Assembly: GCF_009914755.1 (NCBI RefSeq)
Contig: NC_060936.1
DNA: 64,000 bases
Source: the human T2T-CHM13v2.0 reference genome, Homo sapiens
Direction: 5' to 3' (one strand)
Part shown: positions 54,795 to 64,000 of the stretch, piece by piece
Numbering within the stretch: position 1 is the first letter of the stretch
Layout: each line of letters starts with the position of its first letter
The notes under the pieces: generated by a model
Databases searched by the model: none
What the model saw: only the letters and a program-made list of their open reading frames with translations
What the model was told of the DNA's origin: nothing
Translations under genes and position numbers: made by a program

Positions 54795-55338
54795 CATACT
54801 AGGATAAGATCAGTGAGGCACTTGCCAAGGTGCAAGATGTAACGGCAAACAAAAAATGTCCATAATCAAGATAAATAATGGCAGGAAGTGGCAGCTCACG
54901 CCTGTAATCCCAGCACTTTGGGAGGCCGAGGTAGGAGGATGGCTTGAGTCCAGGAGTTTGAGACAGCCTGGGAAACATAGTGAGACCTCATTTCTAAAAA
55001 ATAAACAAATAAACAAATAAATAAATAAATAAATAAAATTTTAATACAATATTGTTAAAAACTGAAAATTACTGCCAACAAAATCAATGATGAACAAACT
55101 GAAAAAATTAAAGACAGGACTGGGATTAGAGTGAGGCAAGTCAGGTGAAGACTTTCGTGTACAAGGTGGGATCCTGTCTTTCTTTAAAGTTTTCATGTCT
55201 TGTTCATTGTGGATATTTTGCATCAATTTGTGAGTTTTAAAATGTTGCATTAAATACTGTTTATCTTGATTACTGGGTTTTTGGTACCCCTTTAACTTTA
55301 GCAGCTGAGCCGAGGCTTCACTCTGGTCCCTGCCCTGG
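54795..55338. mobile_element. MER96B-like palindromic hAT element with an Alu monomer inserted (54880-55036)
   Basis: taatcaagataaat...gatgaacaa...aaagacagga is mirrored by tcctgtcttt...ttgttcat...tttatcttgatta. Confidence 0.75.
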
Positions 55339-55832
55339 GTTGCCGTCACAAGAAAAACCTTCCAGAGCCTCAGTTTCTAATCTGCAAATTGGGGCTAAGC
55401 ATGACTACTTATAGGGACGTTTTGAGAATTACTAAGCAGGCAGCATAATTAATAGTGTCTGCTCTAGAATCAGGGCAAGTTCAAGCCCCATCTCTGCCAC
55501 TTACTAGTGGGAGGAGTCGCAACCTCTCTGTGCCTCGGTTTCCTCATCTGGACTATGTTTAGTTCCCAGAGGTTACTGGGAACTTAACTACAATAACACT
55601 CACAGTCAGTGCATGCATGACACTTAGCAAGACATCAGTTCATGTTGCCGCCATTATTATTTGCACGGATATCCTTAACCTTGACCATCCCTGGTATAGC
55701 ACAGGCCCTCAATAACTAAAATTCATGGTGATATGGGGGTACTTGACATCATTTTTGCAAGGGGCCTGGCACATAGTAGGTGCTCAGTTGACTGTACGTG
55801 CTGCAAGAACAAAGACCACTTCTTTTCCTTTT

Positions 55833-56059
55833 CTTTTTATTTATTTATTATTTTTTTTTTTTGAGACAGAGTCTTGCTCTGTCACTCAGGCTGGAATGCA
55901 GTGGCGTGATCCAGGCTCACTGCAACCTCTGCCTCCGGGTTCAAGTGATTCTCATGCCTCAGCCTCCCAAGGAGCTGGGATTACAGGTGCACACCACGAC
56001 ACCTGGCTAATTTTTGTATTTTTAGTAGAGACGGGGTTTCACCATGTTGGCCAGGCTGG
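55833..56059 (-). mobile_element. 5'-truncated AluS
   Basis: Antisense Alu ending at ccaggctgg. Confidence 0.88.
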
Positions 56060-57074
56060 GCAGAGTCCACTTCTGATTTGTTCCCCATCATAGCCCCTTA
56101 ATAACCTGCACATAATAGGTCTGCAGAAATATTCAGAATGAATCAATGCAATTGTTAAATAATGCAATACAGTGCACTCCATCTTTGGTTTCAGGAACGA
56201 TTAGGAAAGTTTATTCTCTCAAGGACCCACCATCCTTCATCACCCTCTGTAATAATAACAATGCCAATGACCCGGGGGTGCCTCCTTTTACCCCCTGTGG
56301 AAAGGGCTTGCTCTCTGGACCTCGCTTAGGTAGCTTTGATTCTCAAAAAACCCTTCGGAATGACTCTGAAAGGTTTCATGTTTGGCCCCTTGACCTTGCA
56401 GAGAAAGGTAAAGAAGGATGATAGAAACACACTTCTTCTACGGCACCTGCAGCCAATTCCCTGACACGCCCAAGGGCCTGAAGCCGCCCCTACAAAAATT
56501 GCCTTCATCCCATTGAAAATTACAGACATGGCTTTGGGAAGTGTGCTAAGGCTGTCCCAGTATCAGGCTTGGGCTAGCCACTTCATTAATGTACTTACCT
56601 GTCTGGCCCCTGCTGGCATTTGAGGGTTAACCTCTGGCTTATCTGGAACTGGCCTTATTTGGACCCCAGGATCTGGCCCTCCCTGCCTCCTTGCCTCCAG
56701 GCTTCAGACCCTTGACTTTCAGCAGGGCACGCATACTGTGGGGTTTTCAGACTAGTCTTGGCTTTTGGCCTTTCTTTGAGATTTGGCAGCTTGCAGAGGT
56801 GGTCCTGACCATTGTGTGTGCTGGTCTGGATCCCCCAGGTCTCTCCCTAGACCCTTTTGGGGCCGTTTGCAGGGACCAGTGATGTCTTTGAGGCTATGTT
56901 TAAGGCAGGGAGGAGTGATGTGGGTAGATGGGCCCACCCTCACTCATGTTTTTGTGCCTAAGGCTTGCAATTTCAGATGACTAGCTAGAGTTATATAGAT
57001 GAAAGACACAGATTCAAAGCCAGCCCCTCAGCATTGAGGTCCAATCAGTGATGATCCTCAAAATATGTGTGTAT

Positions 57075-57756
<682 letters not shown>

Positions 57757-58488
57757 ATGTGTCACTCAGTACAACAAGGGCATTTGATCAGTCAGAATGG
57801 ATCTTGGCTACAGCACAGAAGCAGGATCCTGGAGGTCCCCTCCCTGCTGTACCAGGGCACCATTATCCTTTTAGTTGCTGAATGGTGCAGAGGTCCCTGG
57901 CATCTTAGGAAGGGTGGTGGGGGCTGGCATAGCCAAGGTGGCAGGATGGCACTTAGGGGTTCAGGGAGGCAGCTATTTACCAAGTGCCACAGACAGAAGT
58001 ATTCCACCATTGGAACTGTGTCGCTGTATCAGTGCATCCTGGTGAATGTCAGCACTACCTCTAACCACCAGGGCTGACATTACTCCTCCCCGACCAGATC
58101 CTGAGCCCCATAGGGTTGGGGCTGTGTCGTACCCCCTTCAGAGCCCAGCATAGGGCCCCCCAAAGAGCACACACACTGTACGTGTTTGTTGAAGACAGAG
58201 GGATCCAGGAGTTCTTGGACATTAATGAAAAAACCTGGGCTGATGACACTCCATGGTGATGACTGGAGCAAGTTAACGGTCTGCCTGTCTAATTATCCTG
58301 CTGACTTGCCGGCTGCCTGTTTTTTAAAACAGCTGGAAGTTTGGGGTTTTAGGATTCCACTGTATTTGTTTCAGTGTCTTCTGCAAGAAACTAGCCTGTA
58401 TCATTCTGACAGCACAAGAGGGTCTGCTCCAGTGAATTTTCATATGCACTACCTGGGTCATCTTGCAACCAACGCTTTTCTTCATTCA

Positions 58489-58809
<321 letters not shown>

Positions 58810-58816
58810 TTACAGG

Positions 58817-59647
58817 GTATATTCATTTCCTTAGGCTGCCATGACAAATGAACACAAACTAGGTGGCTTAAAAAAACAGACATTTATTTTGTCATAGTTC
58901 TGGGGGCCAGAAGTGCAAAGTCAAGGAGTTAGCTGGGTCATGCTCCCTGTGAAGGCTCTTGGTGAAGATCCTTCCTTGCCTCTTCCAGCCACTGGTGGCC
59001 CCAAGATGTTCCTTGGCTTGTGGCTCCTTCTCTCCAATCCCTGACTGCATCTTCACATGGGTGTGTCAAATCTCTCTCTATCTTTTTCTCATAAAAGGCA
59101 CTTGTCATTGGATTTAGGGATCCAGGGTGATTGATATGGTTTGGCTCTGTGTCCCTGCAAAAATCTCATCTTAAACTATAATCCCCTTAATCCCCACGTG
59201 TTGAGGGAGGGACCTGGTGGCAGGTGATTGGGTCATAGGGGTGGTTTCCCTTATGCTGTTCTCGTGATAGTGAGTGAGTTCTGACAAGATCTGATGGTTA
59301 TATAAGTGTTTGACAGTTCCTCCTTTATGTACTCTCTCTCACCTGCTGCCATGTAAGACGTGCCTGCTTCCCCTTCCACCACGATTGTAAGTTTCCCGAG
59401 GCCTCCGCAGCCACGCAGAACTGTGAGTCAATTAAACCTCTTTTCGTTATGAATTACCCAGTCTTGGGCAGTTCTTTATAGCAGTGTCACAACAGACAAA
59501 TACAATGATCTCACCTCAGGATCCTTAATTATATTGCAAAGACCCTATTTCCAAAAGAGGTCACATTCACAGGTGCCAGGTGTTCAGATGTGTATGTAAG
59601 TTAGTGGCGGAGGGGGGCATTGGGTCACCATTCAACCCCATTGCACA
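58817..59647 (-). mobile_element. MLT1C-like LTR with a nested THE1/MST LTR (59132-59504, plus)
   Basis: Nested LTR runs tgatatggtttggctctgtgtccc...aataca, with TSD (g/a)tgat. Confidence 0.85.
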
Positions 59648-60209
59648 GGGACAGAAATCTTGCATATCTTGTTGATCTCAATCCCATGCATAAGCACAGT
59701 GCTAGGCACATGAGAGGCACTCAATGAGTATATGTTGCATGGATGAAGAATCTAGACAGGGCTGTAATGGAGAGGAGATTGGTTATCATTAGCACCCTGG
59801 TCTACAACTGAGCTGCCCATTTTTCAGCCCTAGCACACTGTGTTTAAATCCCAGTGAGACTCAAGGATTAGGCACTAGAGGAGGCAGCGTGCTGACACAA
59901 GGAAGAGTTTCAGACTTGGGGTCAGAGGACTTGCATGCTAGGTTTGGTTCTTGGCTGAATTGCTGAAACTGTCCAAGCCTCAGTAGCAAAACATGGGTGT
60001 TAACTACTCCCCACAGGATTGCCATTCAAGTTAAATGATATAGCACCTAGACAGCCCCTGATCCACACTAGGTACTCAGCAAATGCTGATTATGTTGCAA
60101 TTATGTCATGATTTCATTCGACTCACTTTATATTTGTTCTCAGTTTTATTTCCAGTACCTAGCTGAATCGTTGACTGGTGTGATTCCAAAAGCTTGTGTA
60201 GGCTTTCCT

Positions 60210-61056
<847 letters not shown>

Positions 61057-61289
61057 CTAAAGCTGGAAGATGCCAGACATTCAGCAGGGAGTTCCCTCAT
61101 CAGCAGCTGGCTAACTGGGGAACTGAAAGTCACAAGGCGCTCGTTTCTGATAACTCCATGAAAATTCACTCTGGGTCAGAAATCAATCTTTGGAGTTCTG
61201 AACATGCAGCTTTTCTCATGGGCCTTTTGGAGAACAATCAGCTACTCAGCCATCAGAGCCTTTTTTGCTGGATGGCAGGCAGGAACTGA

Positions 61290-61822
<533 letters not shown>

Positions 61823-62127
61823 CAGGACACTAGATCTTTATCCCAGGCTTGTTCTGTGGGACAGTTTGTGAGTTCCAGCATCGGCTGGTTCGTGAGAGGC
61901 AGCACTTGATGTGCAATGTCCCCTTTTGCCTCTCCTCCCATGCTACCAAAAGCAGCTGGTTCAGTGGCCACTGCCATCTTCCCTTGTCCCTGAGCTTTGG
62001 AGATGACTGTGTTTCCTAACCTCTCCTGCAGATGCCAGGCGGAGCGGCGACGTGACGCACGGTGGACGAGGAGCCAGGATGCCCAGCTCTGCTACCAACA
62101 CAGAGTGGGAATTTGCACACCTCACAT

Positions 62128-62567
62128 GGTGTCAGTTTCCAAATGCTGCTGTAATCAATTTCCACAAAGTGGTGGCTTAGAAAAACAGACATGTATTCGC
62201 TGACAGTTCTGGAGCCCAGAAGCCTGAAACCAACGTGAGGGTTCTAGGGGAAGATCCTCATTTGCCCCCTCCCAATTTGGTAGTTCTGGGTGTTCCTTGG
62301 CTTGTGGACTCATCACTCCAATCTCTGCATCTGTCTTCACATTGCTTTCCCTGCTTCTCTGTGTGTCCATTCTCTGCATGTCTAATTTGTAAGGATATGA
62401 GTGATTGCATTTAGGGCCTACTTGGGTTATCCAGGGAGATCCCCTCATCTCAAGAAAATTGATCTAATCATGTCTGCAAAGACCCTTGATCCAGATAACA
62501 TTCACAGGTTCTAGGGATTTGATTGGGATATCTTTGGGGTGAGGGGGGATATTTTTCAGCCTGCCAC
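62128..62567 (-). mobile_element. MLT1B/C-like LTR
   Basis: ggtggcttagaaaaacagac...ccttggcttgtgg...tctgcaaagaccct. Confidence 0.82.
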
Positions 62568-64000
62568 ACCCACTTCCCTTCTTCTGGCCTCTTCCAGAAA
62601 ATGATGGCCCCTCTGAGCCCCGAGTTCCCCTTCAGCTTTGAAGTTCTGCAGGTGATCCTCAGACAGCCTAGCCTGCATTGCCAAGTTCACGACAATGTTA
62701 TCTCAATAGAGTACCTGATATTTTTTCAAAGCACTTTCCCATCTGTTATTTTGCTTCATGCTCCTGATCACCTCTCGGGGCACACAGGGCAATTAATATT
62801 AAACCCATTTAATTGATGAAACAACAGAGGCCCAAAAACTCCTAACTCACTTTCTCCTTGAGTTAGTCAGCTAATGGGAACCAGGAGCAGGCCAGGTGGT
62901 TTCCCAGGGCATGCTTTTTTTTTTTCTCTCTCTCTTTCATTGTATATAGCCTTTCACCACCACAGGCTTTGTTCTGGAAGCCCAGGAAGGTGGGCAAGTC
63001 AAAGCTTGTCATGTAGATCCAAGCCCACCCTGAATCCCTGATTCATATCCCCTGGAGAGTGTGGCAGGAACTTCATTTGCACTCCCTGTGGTCCCAGGTG
63101 GCAGGTAAGCTCTCAGTCTCTGGCTGTATACTGTTAGAGACCTCTTCTTCCCGTGGGTAGCTTCCCAAGCAAGGGGGTTTTCCCAAACCTCAAGAACTGC
63201 AGGACTATCAGACATTAGCAGAATTAGATCTGCCTGGCCTCCGGGCCAAAAAAAGATTTCAATTGTTTCAGGACAGATTAAATTCAGGACTGGGAATAGG
63301 GCAGGGGAGGTCTTTTTTCGCAGTCCCACCTGCCTGTGACTTGCAGATCTGGACGAAGAATTTCCTGTCCTAACTAGGCCTCAGTTTCCCTGAAATAACA
63401 TCGATTAGGTGGGAGTGGGTGTGGGTCAGTAGGATTTCCTCTTACCCCCAGCCCTTTTCAATCTAATTCAGAAATGAGGATGAAGCCAAGTGTTTGGAGT
63501 TCTTGCGAAGAAAGATACAACAGCCACACAAGGTATTATTAACTTTATTACTTGTCAGGAAGAGGTGGGGGAAGCAGTTAAGATTCGGCTAGATGAGAGG
63601 TGAGTGTACTGCATTACAATCTCTGGAGGGTGTGGTGGGCATATGAGCTGGAAAGGACCATTATTTATTTACTACTTTTGTTAAGTGCCTGTAATGTGCT
63701 GGGTGCTATGCTGGATGTGTGTGTAACACAGACACATAAACCATTCAGGGTCAACCTTGCGTGGGTGGGAGGAGGTTAAAAGCACTTGCATCTTCTTCTC
63801 CCTGAAAACAGAAACATCTTCCTCCTTGGCCTACCATGGTGCCAGCAATCTCCAGCATTAGCGATGGCTCCTTGGGGGTAACCTGCAGAAGCTTCTTAAC
63901 TGGGTTAAGGCATCTTATTACCTTGCAGGAGTAAGGCAATCGCCAGCTCACTGATAGTACACAATGATTTCGCTCATTCCATCCACTCTTGGCCATTGGT

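Noticed and set aside
54795-55338. Large imperfect palindrome as another templated inversion
   Set aside because: The symmetry is intrinsic to the MER96B-like transposon.
56592-56601. U1 snRNA 5' end (tacttacctg) or minus-strand perfect splice donor
   Set aside because: U1 similarity stops after 10 nt, and I found no convincing matching acceptor.

Overview
Primate genomic DNA, most likely human or another catarrhine because AluY copies are present. It is intergenic or deep intronic. No credible protein-coding gene, RNA gene or CRISPR array is visible: the ORF track is explained by Alu sequence, low-complexity tracts and GC-rich chance ORFs. The window holds about 50 Alu copies or fragments, several solo LTRs (MST/THE1/MLT1, LTR16, LTR26-like, MER66-like), old L1/L2/MIR fragments and DNA-transposon relics (MER20, MER81, MER96B, half a MADE1). 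Between them are repeat-free, motif-dense blocks and one orphan CpG island (~53.5-54.0 kb), which looks like the enhancer landscape of a developmental locus. I cannot name the locus. The most unusual signal is four locally templated inverted insertions: 2251-2614 copied into an Alu at 3355-3607; 36916-37028 copied into an LTR16 at 39342-39456; a 62-bp fold-back at 30291-30504; and a 10-bp snap-back at 10287-10310. Host repeats reveal donor versus acceptor and relative age. Also notable are a 67-bp VNTR inside an AluY, a 34-bp tandem repeat carrying three CNC-sMAF (NRF2/NF-E2/BACH) sites, and a 36-bp TSD-flanked micro-insertion. I see no evidence of a new protein-coding system. Repeat subfamily names come from recalled consensus sequences, and most repeat boundaries are approximate.
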